DNA of 64,000 nucleotides from Eledone cirrhosa (GCA_964016885.1 OZ024740.1:111786001-111850000); one strand, 5' to 3'; positions 1 through 14,256 are shown, counted from the stretch's first letter. The notes: generated by a model not told the origin, from the sequence alone. A program made the numbers and translations.

Positions 1-2351
1 CCTCTTATGGGTCTACTAGGGCAGAAACATCTAAGGTCTTGGCTGTCTAGGTAGTCAGTGTCGTAGGTAAGTCTAAATAGGAGGCCCAGTTCGTCTGTGT
101 CGACGTCGCAGAACTCCACCTCACTCCCAATGATCATCTTCACACATTTTTCCACAGCAAAATCAATGTTAATGGATGGGTACAGTGATACCACATCCAT
201 ACTGCCTATTATGCAGTTGGATAGGTTCCTGTTTTTGTTGCACTCACTGATTCTGCTGAAGAGGTCCTCTGTACTGTCACATACATCTGGGGCATCTTGA
301 TTATGGGGCCTATAACCATTGAGAGGAAGTAGGAGATCCTATAGTTGCTAGCTATATTTGCTCCGCATACAGGTCTTGTTGGTGGTCCTGTTGTCGGGTC
401 GTCGACTGTCTTGTGGTCTTTGCGGAGCCCATACAAGGTTGTCATGCCATTGTTAGACGCCTGGAAGTTGTTGGCAGTGCGTCTGCTTGGCTTTAGGATG
501 TCGGTCCACATCATCATGTGAGCGTTGAGGATTTTCTCTCTTCCATCATGTATTTGCTGTGCAATTTCGCTCGTGTTGGTGATGTGGGGTTGCATAGCCT
601 TGATGTAGTTCGGCATGCTGTCTATTGACATCCTACCAGACTTATCCGTGGGTAAACATACTACCTCACCATCCCTTGTGCGCTGCTTGAATCTAACCAA
701 GCCTTCTACAGGTTTCCTCCAAAGTTGTTGGACCTCTGGTCTGCTCTGTCTCTTAGTATACCAGTCTACTATTTGTCTAATCTTATTTCTAGCTATGGTG
801 AACTGTGCCTCTGTCTCGTCATCTATTTGTTGTGGTATGCAAACCCTTTTATTAAAGGGTAACCTCATAGGATAGATATTACCCATCTTATATGTTTTGT
901 CGGCTGGGTTGAAGAATAGTTTCTCTAAGCGGTTGTCATTATATTTATTGTCATAGTTGTGTGTGTTGCTATTATTGTTATTATGGTGGTTGTTGTTGTT
1001 CCTATCATTAGCATTATTATTATTGTTATGGTTGCTAGATGTATTGTTCCTGTGATAGTTAGATGTATTGTTGTTGTTTTCTCCACCGTTATTGTTGTTG
1101 TTACTGTTATTTCTACCATTGTGGTTGTTACTTTTATTATGTTTCTTGTTTTTGTTATTGTGTCTATCATTAATGTTGCTACATATATTATTTCTATTAT
1201 TACCACTGTGGTTGTTGTTGTTACTCGTATTGTTACCGTTATCACTACTGTGGTTGCTGCTGCTGTGCCTGTAGTTAATGTTTTTATTATTTTTTTCTTT
1301 CTTTTCTTATATAAATAATAAAAATATTTACACGCACAAAACCCACATCGTACCGTCCTGTTCCGTCTGTGATGTTTTTCTTGATGTCAGCCCTTGTGGC
1401 CAATAAAGAAATCATTATTATTATTATTGTGGTTGTTATTGTTGTTCTGTCTATCGTTAATATTATTACCATTATTACTACTTCTCACTCTCCTGCTATT
1501 GTTATTGTTATGACTATTACTATTATAGCTGTTATTTCTATACTCAGAGTTATTGTTTATATTACTACTACCGTTATTATTGTTGTTGACCGTATAGTTG
1601 TTGTTGTTGTTTACTTTTGCATTCCAACGTATTTTTGTGAAACACTTTTCCAGGTCCGTTTTGCACTCGATAGGGTTAATCTTTTTGTAGATGGCAAATC
1701 TTGGTGGTAGCTGCAGAATTTGTTGTTCTTGTTCACTGATTAAAGTGTTCCCATAAATATTTACTGTGTGGTCATTGGTAAATTCTTCCGGTAGTTCTAC
1801 ATCAGTCATACGGATATTGTTGATGTTATCTGGGTATTTTTGTGAATATTCTATTTTTCTTTCTTCTAGTTTTTTCTTATTCATCCATTCTAATTTCTTA
1901 TTGAAATGCCTATTACATTCGTTTCGGGCGTATTTCGTTTAACATCGGATGACGCTCATGAAGTCATCCCTTTCGTTTGGTGTGGTGAGATTTTGGACTT
2001 CCTTGCCGTTAATGCGTTTCTGTCGGTAAAGTTCGTTAACTTTTGTATATGTTGTTCTTTTCATATTAACTGTTATTGTGTGTTTTAGTCGTTCAGCTTG
2101 TGTTTTGTTAAATAATAAATTATTTACTTGTTTTGATATGTTTGTTGTGTATATTTTGAAAGAAACACAGTGTTTTAAGAAGCGGATTTGTTCCGTTGTT
2201 ATTGTAGTTTTTATATAACAGAAAATAGTGTAGTTCAATAACCTTCAGCTTGGCACAAGCTAATGCCATAACGGCGATGAATTAGTTTTGCAAGGTTTTT
2301 GATATGAAATCGTGTGTCGAAACAAATATTGTTATACTTGTGGAGGATCAT
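1..2351 (-). mobile_element. Penelope-like retroelement, 5' part of ORF (N-terminal region with Asn-rich expansions plus RT fingers), frameshifted, runs off window start
   Basis: Minus-strand translation gives PLE-type motifs CLPTDKSGR, LYGLRKDHK..PPTRPVCG and IIGSMDVVSLYPSINID (about 165-215). Candidate ATG at 2351 (MILHKYNN..). The ORF is broken into several frames. Confidence 0.8.
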
Positions 2352-2536
2352 ATTTGTGTAATAATATTGCCAGAATTAATAACAGAACACACTCACTGTT
2401 TGGTTGGTTTTCGCTTTTCGCTTCTGTGTCTTTTATATCGATAATCTAATTTATTCGGTCCTCAATGTTACCATTGACTGACCAACGGTCAAAAATACAG
2501 ATACAATATAGACACAAACACATATATATATAGTCT

Positions 2537-2578
2537 AACAAAGTTCTTTCGTTGCACATCTGCAACATCGTCAGTGGT
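2537..2578 (-). ncRNA. Minimal hammerhead ribozyme-like motif
   Basis: acca-CTGACGA-t-gttgca(gatg)tgcaac-GAAA-gaactt-tgtt. Stem II is a perfect 6 bp; stems I and III are weak. Same strand as, and upstream of, the PLE ORF. Confidence 0.55.
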
Positions 2579-2826
2579 GCTATTGTTTCCTCCCGTTGTA
2601 TTGTATGCTTACACCATCTTTATTTAGTCTGTTTATTTATTTATTTATTTATTTATTTGTTTATTTTTTTGTCTTCTCTGCGCATGCGTTTGCGTGTGTG
2701 TATAGTGTTTTGTTTGATGTGTGTTCGTGTTTGGGTGACTGTGTACTGGTTATTGTATTCTATCTTAGTTTACTAGTGTGTGTTTATATGTGTTTGTTGT
2801 TATATATCTATATATATATATATCCA

Positions 2827-3180
<354 letters not shown>

Positions 3181-3302
3181 TGTGTGTGTGTCTATATTGA
3201 AGGGAGATACGGAAACTAAAAAACTAAAACAATGTTGTTATATAGAGAGTGAAGAGCGACAGAGAGAGTAAAGCAGTTAAATTATAGAGAGGGGGAATGA
3301 TC

Positions 3303-3333
<31 letters not shown>

Positions 3334-3360
3334 CATACATACATACATACATACATACAT

Positions 3361-3868
3361 GGTGGCTGCCAACTCGTTTTCGAGTACGGCCACTACTTTA
3401 TATCCATGTAGGAGAACCCCTACCGATGCGCTGAACGAGTGTGACTTTTTAGTCCAGCCAGCGACTTGAAAACTCTGGTACAAACACTACACTTGTGACA
3501 ATTATTGACACATAGTGCTGGGCACATGGTACCATGTGACGACAAATGCAGAGAGATATCCAGATATAAAGCAATACCTGTGCCGTGAAGCTTTTATAGT
3601 GAGCAAAGGCACTGCACAAAGCCAGTCCTACTCTCTTAATCAAGATGATATTTACCAAAAAGAAGAACAACTCAACATCATTGGATACCATCAGGGTTGC
3701 AGGTGTTATATCAGAGTTTTCCTTCTCCTAGAATTCTGCCTTGACAAAGGCTAAGGGGTCATCTCTCCCGGTGATTTTGGATGGCCATTGACTCTTAAGA
3801 GCTCCTTTGCCCTTTGACAGGTTTTGTTTTTAGTCCTGCAGGATATCCAAAGTCACCCTCCTCACCAT
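3361..3868 (-). mobile_element. Non-autonomous retroposon with (TATG)n tail, 5'-truncated copy
   Basis: Near-identical to 23731-24302 with the same boundary against (CATA)n. Contains ctaggagaaggaaaactctg, which resembles RTE-type 5' UTR sequence. Confidence 0.7.
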
Positions 3869-3985
3869 ATATACATACATACATATAAAATATAGATATG
3901 TGAGTGCGTGTGTTTGTGTATGTGTCTGTGTGTTTTGTTTTGATGTTATCCGGCAATTGGCGAAATCAGGTGTGAAGGTATGTGC

Positions 3986-4200
<215 letters not shown>

Positions 4201-4327
4201 TATGCGAGCGACGACAGAAAAAGTGTGTGCGATACATACATTATTATATTTGTCTGTATTTTCATTCTGCATCCAAATGATTTTAGATGTATGTATTACC
4301 TTCTTGCCCGTCCCCCTGTTTCTCTTT

Positions 4328-4366
<39 letters not shown>

Positions 4367-4659
4367 CTCCTCTGTCTCTCCTCTCTCCTCTCTCTCTCTC
4401 TCTCTCCTCTCTCCTCTGTCTCTCCTCTCTCCTCTCTCTCTCTCTTGAGATGTGTATGTGTGTGTAATTTTCCTAATCTGTCTCTTTCACTCTCTGTCTC
4501 TCTAAGAGGGTTGCCTTTTGATGTATGTATTACTTGCTTGTGTGTTGGCCGAATTTGAAGGAGGTTATCCTTTTGGAATAAACATACATACGACTCTCAT
4601 CTCTATGTTGATATATGATATAAATAATGGGATTGATGAGTTAATATCTGTATACAACA

Positions 4660-5219
4660 ACTAGAACGGTACGCGATGGGGCCCACCCACAGCCCCGGTG
4701 GACAGAATGGAGAAGGCGTTTCCCTGGAGGACGGCAAGGGCTACGCGCTGGAAAAGCTACCCCAACTTGCGGGGCTCACGTAGCCCTGGGGCCGAGGACA
4801 CCAGAAGTCTCCACTGCCAGGGGTACGACCGCAAACCTGTCGGAGAGCGACCTTTATTTGAAACGTTTCGCCCCCTCAGCCCGACGTGCAGCAGAACCTG
4901 GGTATATATTGATATATTGAAGGTAGATATGGAAAGTAAAAGAGTGTTGTCATATAGAGAGTGAAGAGAGACAGAGAGTAAAGCAGTTAAATTATAGAGA
5001 GGGTGAAAGAGGGAGAGAGAGAGACGACGCTTAGCTTTATAATATTTGAGAGTGAAGAGCCACAGAGAGAGTAAAGAAGTTAAATTATAGAGAGGAGGAA
5101 TGATCTATTATAGAGAGAGGTAAGACCGACGTATAGAGTAAAGCTAAGAAACTATAGGGACGTGTGAGGGATACATACATACATAATACACACGACACTC
5201 AGCTTTATAATATTATAGG

Positions 5220-5222
<3 letters not shown>
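4660..5222. mobile_element. Non-autonomous repeat, possibly Helitron/Helentron-like; related segment at 3195-3302
   Basis: Begins actag and ends gctttataatattatagg. The internal subrepeat gagagtaaagcagttaaattatagagag is shared with 3195-3302. Classification is inference only. Confidence 0.35.
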
Positions 5223-5259
<37 letters not shown>

Positions 5260-5432
5260 ATTAGTATATTTACGAACATATGCGTACAGATGTACACTAA
5301 TGCTAGCAAAAAAATAAGTTATGTCATAGTACCTAGGTGGTTCAATGCAGGAGGATGCAGAACAATTATATGAAAGACGTAAAATAAGAAAATTTTAAAA
5401 ATTAAAAATTAACTTACTTACTAAAATTTTCA

Positions 5433-5512
5433 CTTCAACTAATTAGTTTCTGTAACGGGATAAAGATAGTTACGTAATGTAACTGTCGAGAATTCATTAC
5501 GTCATCAGGGAG
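5433..5512 (-). ncRNA. Type I hammerhead ribozyme motif with extended stem II
   Basis: ctcc-CTGATGA-cgtaatg...cgttaca-GAAA-ctaattagt-t-gaag. Stem III ACTAATTAGT is palindromic. Confidence 0.65.
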
Positions 5513-5686
5513 TCTATTCTCAGCTAAGTCTCCAGGCAATGCGCGGACACTAGGGACTCATATAAAAATAATAATAATTCGGTGGATGGAACAGCTAGCG
5601 AGGACTAAATTCCAAAGCACTGAAAAAGTTCACTGCTTCTGGTCAAATGGCAGATTCTAAAGAATCAATCACGTGATATATATATG

Positions 5687-5717
<31 letters not shown>

Positions 5718-5728
5718 GTATATATATG

Positions 5729-5827
<99 letters not shown>

Positions 5828-5942
5828 ATTATATATATATATATATATATAACCAAAGATATGGTTCGTTGATTATTCAACGAATACAATTTTACAATAG
5901 ATTAGAAGCACTCGGCACATATATATATATACATATATATAC

Positions 5943-5985
<43 letters not shown>

Positions 5986-5990
5986 TATAG

Positions 5991-6077
<87 letters not shown>

Positions 6078-6138
6078 AGTGTGTGTAGGTATATGACGAT
6101 TTCCTTCGAAGGAAATTGTTCTAGTCCTGTGGAAGCCA

Positions 6139-6196
<58 letters not shown>

Positions 6197-6203
<7 letters not shown>

Positions 6204-6397
6204 GTATGACCCCGTCGAAATACTTGAGCTCTGCCGTTAGTGTCATACTTTTTTCCTATTACCCACTCTACTACCCTAAGTACTGAGTACTCTGGTGCGT
6301 TATGGTCCATCTGGTTCCTTACCACAACTCCTTCGTTATATATATATATATATATATATAACGAAGGAGTTGTGGTAAGGAACCAGATGGACCATAA
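6197..6397 (+). mobile_element. Short PLE pLTR fragment (family A) in (TA)n with small inverted pieces
   Basis: Homologous to 20321-20446. Ends ccttcgtta-(TA)n, followed by an inverted copy of that end. Confidence 0.75.
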
Positions 6398-6790
6398 GTA
6401 GAAGGGGTATTTAATTTGTTGGAAGTCCGAAAAATATAAATATTTATAACTGATTTAGAGCACTCAACAATTTACTGGAGTAAATATTCAATGATATTAA
6501 ATAAATGGCGACTATATTTATAAAACCATATTTATTTTATTATATATATTTCATATTTCAAGGGTACCAAGACAACATTGGTACGCTTTCATCAGATAAA
6601 ATACTATCCAGTGAATTTCCAACCGATAAGGTATGATTTTCATGGGTATGTCTCTATTTGTATTTTATCTGATGAAAGTGTACCAATGTTGTCTTGGTAC
6701 CCGTGAAATATATATAATAAAATAAATATGGTTTTATAAATATAGTTTCCATATACATAGTTTCCATATATATAGTTATAAATATAGTTT

Positions 6791-6792
<2 letters not shown>
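6398..6792. mobile_element. Fold-back pLTR-like insertion (family B) with HHR on both arms
   Basis: About 6503-6604 is the reverse complement of about 6660-6752. Further copies at 17488-17545, 25370-25540, 26565-27038 and 28750-28845. Confidence 0.75.
6661..6724 (+). ncRNA. Type I hammerhead ribozyme (family B)
   Basis: tattttat-CTGATGA-aagtgtaccaa(tgttgtc)ttggtacccgt-GAAA-tatatat-a-ataaaata. Stem I is 8 bp. Confidence 0.75.
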
Positions 6793-6830
<38 letters not shown>

Positions 6831-8144
6831 TATATATATATATATGTATATTTATTTATATATATAGTGAACAAAGGAACAGAAAAAACAAAACCAAGAT
6901 AAAATATCGTACAAAATGAGAATATTAGTTTAATGATGTTTAAGAGTGAGTATACGTTAAATATAACGTTTTGAGTTTTGCCTTTCAGAAAAGTGAGAAA
7001 GAAGCAAAAGAAATACAGAAAAGCTGGAAAAGGGGCGAGGGAAAATATACGAGTGTATTGTTACATGATGGGGGTGAGAGCTATTTTTAAGTCGATGTTT
7101 CGATTGTATATATATATTTTTTAGTCAACCGTAATTCATTTTCATGTTTACAGAAAAACGAAACCTTGATTTAACCCAACCAACTAAAAATAGTAAATCT
7201 AAGATAAATCTAATGTAGGTATATATACTGCTTAAAAAGAATTACTATTAATACGTAGACAAATGCGAAAAACATTCCGTTACAAGAGTACTTGCGAAGG
7301 CTACGCCTGGGTATTTAGCCCATAAGTTAACTCTACAACGTGCGCTCAATTCTCTTGCTTATGCACCCCATTCTTCCAAATAAATAATAACAATTTCATA
7401 CTCTGGCAAACTGCCAAACCTAGTTTGTTTTTTTTTTAACTAATAAAATTATTAAGCCTGCATTTTCTACTACACCATCCACAATCATCCCCGTTAAATC
7501 ATATGACTGGTCCTAACACTTTAGATAATTTCACCACGCAGCTACGCGGAAAAAATGTTTAGTGATTAATTTATTGTTTGCAGAAAATTATTTATTTCAG
7601 TTAGTTATACAAATTTCATAAAACTAAAATCCTTTAAGTTTGAGTAATGCACCATAAGTAGCTGCCAAGTTAACCTATTGATAGTGCCAGAGCTTGTTAT
7701 TTGTTTTCTTGTGAACGAGTTTATAATATTTTCCTTAACTTATAGTCGGAAATCAATAAATATCCAGACAAGTATAAGTCCAATATTTTAAAAGATATTC
7801 TACAAAATGATGCTCTTACTCATTGCCTACAAGGTTTATCAACTACACATACGAATAGAGCCTGTGAAATGTAAAAATGGGAAAAATCCCTGCTCATCAA
7901 GCCTTGCATCGCTAAGGGGCTTTTGGGGCTTAAGCCCCTCCAATAATGTGGAAACGTTGAATGATGTTAAAGTTTTGTTACTTAAAACACTGTTCACTCT
8001 AAAGATGTTAGTATGATCATGTTTTCTGGTAGATAGTTTCTGCAATAGATTACTTAATGACGCAAAGGATAAAGATAGAAATACCAAAGTGGAATTTTTC
8101 AACATTTCATTCTTTAATAAATCACTGGATAGGTTGTACTTGAA

Positions 8145-8727
8145 TTCAATTTTTAGAAATAGGAAGGTAAACAGCGACGAGAACTCTGGCTACTGTTATG
8201 ATCCAGAGACCAAAGGACTGAGTGCCCAGTAGAAACATTCTGACTTTCCAAGACCCAAGAAGGCCAAGTAAAGGAGATCCACTAGGTAGCACATGATGAT
8301 CACATTCTTCGAGAGCAAGGGCATTGTCTACATCCACCAGGTCCCTCACGGCCAAACAGTCAACAAAGAGTACTATGTAGAGGTTTTGAGGCAGTTCAGA
8401 AAGAGATTCCATCGCAATTGTACCTTCACCAAGACAATCTCCACTGACACAAATCAAATCCTGCTGACCAACTACTTGGCCGATATGGAGATACAGACTG
8501 TCCCTCATCCTCCCTGCTGTCAAGACTTAGCCCCATCCGTTTTGAAGATGTGGAGGAGATGAAGAAGGCTGTGACAAGTACCCTAGACACCTTCACTTTG
8601 GAGGACTAGAAGGTGGCCTTCCAGAAGTGGGTGGAGTGCTACAAAGTGGGAGGATCCTACTTTGAGAGAGACTAGTGTTTTGTGTTTCAATCTAAATATC
8701 CTCAACACATCTTGAGTGTACTTCATA
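8145..8727 (+). mobile_element. Decayed mariner (Tc1/mariner) transposase 3' fragment
   Basis: Motifs SDENSGYCYDPETK, MITFFESKGIVY..VPHGQTVNKEYYVEVL, FHQDN and HPPCCQDLAP (cf. HPPYSPDLAP). Contains stops and frameshifts; ends at TA. Confidence 0.85.
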
Positions 8728-8748
8728 TATATATATATATATATATAT

Positions 8749-9240
8749 ATGTAATAAAATGAGTCCCTCATCAGTGATTTTCCGAAGATCATAGATATTT
8801 CATTGCATTAAAAATCATATACCTCACGTCGGTGCAATAATAACCAAAATAAGTTATTAGGACAATTAAAACGCGTAAAGCGAGTGAGACAGGAGAACAA
8901 CAAGAGTATGGCTAACCAGGGAAAGAAACAAGCTTCAAAAATTATTCTGTTTAGCATAAGCTAGGTGAATATATGAGCGCTTTTAGAATAGACCCGACAC
9001 GAGCGAAGGCTATGAGCGGAGAGAGAAAAATAGCTTTCGTGGTGTACAGGATGAAATGAAGAGAAGAGAGAGAAACAGTGAGTGAGTGAAAGTGTGAGGA
9101 AGAGTAAACTGACATGACAGAGGGGGAGAAACAGAGAGAATGGGGGAACAGTAAGAGAGAGAGAAAAAAACACAGAATCGCAGTGGTAAATATATGTAAT
9201 AAAATATAGAGAAAAATACTGCAGGTAGCACATGGATAAC
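8749..9240 (-). repeat. Single inverted copy of the 492/493-bp unit, head-to-head with the array
   Basis: Reverse complement of the array unit. Junction palindrome gcacatggat-aac-atccatgtgc at about 9228-9250. Confidence 0.95.
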
Positions 9241-12200
9241 ATCCATGTGCTACCTGCAGTATTTTTCTCTATATTTTATTACATATATTTACCACTGCGA
9301 TTCTGTGTTTTTTTCTCTCTCTCTTACTGTTCCCCCATTCTCTCTGTTTCTCCCCCTCTGTCATGTCAGTTTACTCTTCCTCACACTTTCACTCACTCAC
9401 TGTTTCTCTCTCTTCTCTTCATTTCATCCTGTACACCACGAAAGCTATTTTTCTCTCTCCGCTCATAGCCTTCGCTCGTGTCGGGTCTATTCTAAAAGCG
9501 CTCATATATTCACCAAGCTTATGCTAAACAGAATAATTTTTGAAGCTTGTTTCTTTCCCCTGGTTAGCCATACTCTTGTTGTTCTCCTGTCTCACTCGCT
9601 TTACGCGTTTTAATTGTCCTAATAACTTATTTTGGTTATTATTGCACCGACGTGAGGTATATGATTTTTAATGCAATGAAATATCTATGATCTTCGGCAA
9701 ATCACTGATGAGGGACTCATTTTATTACATGTTATCCATGTGCTACCTGCAGTATTTTTCTCTATATTTTATTACATATATTTACCACTGCGATTCTGTG
9801 TTTTTTTCTCTCTCTCTTACTGTTCCCCCATTCTCTCTGTTTCTCCCCCTCTGTCATGTCAGTTTACTCTTCCTCACACTTTCACTCACTCACTGTTTCT
9901 CTCTCTTCTCTTCATTTCATCCTGTACACCACGAAAGCTATTTTTCTCTCTCCGCTCATAGCCTTCGCTCGTGTCGGGTCTATTCTAAAAGCGCTCATAT
10001 ATTCACCAAGCTTATGCTAAACAGAATAATTTTTGAAGCTTGTTTCTTTCCCCTGGTTAGCCATACTCTTGTTGTTCTCCTGTCTCACTCGCTTTACGCG
10101 TTTTAATTGTCCTAATAACTTATTTTGGTTATTATTGCACCGACGTGAGGTATATGATTTTTAATGCAATGAAATATCTATGATCTTCGGCAAATCACTG
10201 ATGAGGGACTCATTTTATTACATGTTATCCATGTGCTACCTGCAGTATTTTTCTCTATATTTTATTACATATATTTACCACTGCGATTCTGTGTTTTTTT
10301 CTCTCTCTCTTACTGTTCCCCCATTCTCTCTGTTTCTCCCCCTCTGTCATGTCAGTTTACTCTTCCTCACACTTTCACTCACTCACTGTTTCTCTCTCTT
10401 CTCTTCATTTCATCCTGTACACCACGAAAGCTATTTTTCTCTCTCCGCTCATAGCCTTCGCTCGTGTCGGGTCTATTCTAAAAGCGCTCATATATTCACC
10501 AAGCTTATGCTAAACAGAATAATTTTTGAAGCTTGTTTCTTTCCCCTGGTTAGCCATACTCTTGTTGTTCTCCTGTCTCACTCGCTTTACGCGTTTTAAT
10601 TGTCCTAATAACTTATTTTGGTTATTATTGCACCGACGTGAGGTATATGATTTTTAATGCAATGAAATATCTATGATCTTCGGCAAATCACTGATGAGGG
10701 ACTCATTTTATTACATGTTATCCATGTGCTACCTGCAGTATTTTTCTCTATATTTTATTACATATATTTACCACTGCGATTCTGTGCTTTTTCTCTCTCT
10801 CTTACTATTCCCCCATTCTCTCTGTTTCTCCCCCTCTGTCATGTCAGTTAACTCTTCCTCACACTTTCACTCACTCACTGTTTCTCTCTCTTCTCTTCAT
10901 TTCATCCTGTACACCACGAAAGCTATTTTTCTCTCTCCGCTCATAGCCTTCGCTCGTGTCGGGTCTATTCTAAAAGCGCTCATATATTCACCTAGCTTAT
11001 GCTAAACAGAATAATTTTTGAAGCTTGTTTCTTTCCCCTGGTTAGCCATACTCTTGTTGTTCTCCTGTCTCACTCGCTTTACGCGTTTTAATTGTCCTAA
11101 TAACTTATTTTGGTTATTATTGCACCGACGTGAGGTATATGATTTTTAATGCAATGAAATATCTATGATCTTCGGCAAATCACTGATGAGGGACTCATTT
11201 TATTACATGTTATCCATGTGCTACCTGCAGTATTTTTCTCTATATTTTATTACATATATTTACCACTGCGATTCTGTGCTTTTTCTCTCTCTCTTACTAT
11301 TCCCCCATTCTCTCTGTTTCTCCCCCTCTGTCATGTCAGTTAACTCTTCCTCACACTTTCACTCACTCACTGTTTCTCTCTCTTCTCTTCATTTCATCCT
11401 GTACACCACGAAAGCTATTTTTCTCTCTCCGCTCATAGCCTTCGCTCGTGTCGGGTCTATTCTAAAAGCGCTCATATATTCACCAAGCTTATGCTAAACA
11501 GAATAATTTTTGAAGCTTGTTTCTTTCCCCTGGTTAGCCATACTCTTGTTGTTCTCCTGTCTCACTCGCTTTACGCGTTTTAATTGTCCTAATAACTTAT
11601 TTTGGTTATTATTGCACCGACGTGAGGTATATGATTTTTAATGCAATGAAATATCTATGATCTTCGGCAAATCACTGATGAGGGACTCATTTTATTACAT
11701 GTTATCCATGTGCTACCTGCAGTATTTTTCTCTATATTTTATTACATATATTTACCACTGCGATTCTGTGCTTTTTCTCTCTCTCTTACTGTTCCCCCAT
11801 TCTCTCTGTTTCTCCCCCTCTGTCATGTCAGTTTACTCTTCCTCACACTTTCACTCACTCACTGTTTCTCTCTCTTCTCTTCATTTCATCCTGTACACCA
11901 CGAAAGCTATTTTTCTCTCTCCGCTCATAGCCTTCGCTCGTGTCGGGTCTATTCTAAAAGCGCTCATATATTCACCAAGCTTATGCTAAACAGAATAATT
12001 TTTGAAGCTTGTTTCTTTCCCCTGGTTAGCCATACTCTTGTTGTTCTCCTGTCTCACTCGCTTTACGCGTTTTAATTGTCCTAATAACTTATTTTGGTTA
12101 TTATTGCACCGACGTGAGGTATATGATTTTTAATGCAATGAAATATCTATGATCTTCGGCAAATCACTGATGAGGGACTCATTTTATTACATGTTATCCA

Positions 12201-14187
12201 TGTGCTACCTGCAGTATTTTTCTCTATATTTTATTACATATATTTACCACTGCGATTCTGTGCTTTTTCTCTCTCTCTTACTATTCCCCCATTCTCTCTG
12301 TTTCTCCCCCTCTGTCATGTCAGTTAACTCTTCCTCACACTTTCACTCACTCACTGTTTCTCTCTCTTCTCTTCATTTCATCCTGTACACCACGAAAGCT
12401 ATTTTTCTCTCTCCGCTCATAGCCTTCGCTCGTGTCGGGTCTATTCTAAAAGCGCTCATATATTCACCTAGCTTATGCTAAACAGAATAATTTTTGAAGC
12501 TTGTTTCTTTCCCCTGGTTAGCCATACTCTTGTTGTTCTCCTGTCTCACTCGCTTTACGCGTTTTAATTGTCCTAATAACTTATTTTGGTTATTATTGCA
12601 CCGACGTGAGGTATATGATTTTTAATGCAATGAAATATCTATGATCTTCGGCAAATCACTGATGAGGGACTCATTTTATTACATGTTATCCATGTGCTAC
12701 CTGCAGTATTTTTCTCTATATTTTATTACATATATTTACCACTGCGATTCTGTGCTTTTTCTCTCTCTCTTACTATTCCCCCATTCTCTCTGTTTCTCCC
12801 CCTCTGTCATGTCAGTTAACTCTTCCTCACACTTTCACTCACTCACTGTTTCTCTCTCTTCTCTTCATTTCATCCTGTACACCACGAAAGCTATTTTTCT
12901 CTCTCCGCTCATAGCCTTCGCTCGTGTCGGGTCTATTCTAAAAGCGCTCATATATTCACCTAGCTTATGCTAAACAGAATAATTTTTGAAGCTTGTTTCT
13001 TTCCCCTGGTTAGCCATACTCTTGTTGTTCTCCTGTCTCACTCGCTTTACGCGTTTTAATTGTCCTAATAACTTATTTTGGTTATTATTGCACCGACGTG
13101 AGGTATATGATTTTTAATGCAATGAATTATCTATGATCTTCGGCAAATCACTGATGAGGGACTCATTTTATTACATGTTATCCATGTGCTACCTGCAGTA
13201 TTTTTCTCTATATTTTATTACATATATTTACCACTGCGATTCTGTGCTTTTTCTCTCTCTCTTACTATTCCCCCATTCTCTCTGTTTCTCCCCCTCTGTC
13301 ATGTCAGTTAACTCTTCCTCACACTTTCACTCACTCACTGTTTCTCTCTCTTCTCTTCATTTCATCCTGTACACCACGAAAGCTATTTTTCTCTCTCCGC
13401 TCATAGCCTTCGCTCGTGTCGGGTCTATTCTAAAAGCGCTCATATATTCACCTAGCTTATGCTAAACAGAATAATTTTTGAAGCTTGTTTCTTTCCCCTG
13501 GTTAGCCATACTCTTGTTGTTCTCCTGTCTCACTCGCTTTACGCGTTTTAATTGTCCTAATAACTTATTTTGGTTATTATTGCACCGACGTGAGGTATAT
13601 GATTTTTAATGCAATGAAATATCTATGATCTTCGGCAAATCACTGATGAGGGACTCATTTTATTACATGTTATCCATGTGCTACCTGCAGTATTTTTCTC
13701 TATATTTTATTACATATATTTACCACTGCGATTCTGTGCTTTTTCTCTCTCTCTTACTATTCCCCCATTCTCTCTGTTTCTCCCCCGCTGTCATGTCAGT
13801 TAACTCTTCCTCACACTTTCACTCACTCACTGTTTCTCTCTCTTCTCTTCATTTCATCCTGTACACCACGAAAGCTATTTTTCTCTCTCCGCTCATAGCC
13901 TTCGCTCGTGTCGGGTCTATTCTAAAAGCGCTCATATATTCACCTAGCTTATGCTAAACAGAATAATTTTTGAAGCTTGTTTCTTTCCCCTGGTTAGCCA
14001 TACTCTTGTTGTTCTCCTGTCTCACTCGCTTTACGCGTTTTAATTGTCCTAATAACTTATTTTGGTTATTATTGCACCGACGTGAGGTATATGATTTTTA
14101 ATGCAATGAAATATCTATGATCTTCGGCAAATCACTGATGAGGGACTCATTTTATTACATGTTATCCATGTGCTACCTGCAGTATTT

Positions 14188-14190
<3 letters not shown>
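9241..14190 (+). repeat. Tandem array: 10 full units (493 bp x3, 492 bp x7) plus about 27 bp
   Basis: Unit starts (atccatgtgc) at 9241, 9734, 10227, 10720, 11212, 11704, 12196, 12688, 13180, 13672 and 14164. The whole structure is flanked by (TA)n. Confidence 0.97.

Positions 14191-14256
<66 letters not shown>

Noticed and set aside
9241-14190. CRISPR-like array or tandem gene cluster (repeated 110-139 aa ORFs)
   Set aside because: Units are wholly repeated with no unique spacers. The ORFs are CT-rich low-complexity, and a 1-bp indel changes their frame between units.
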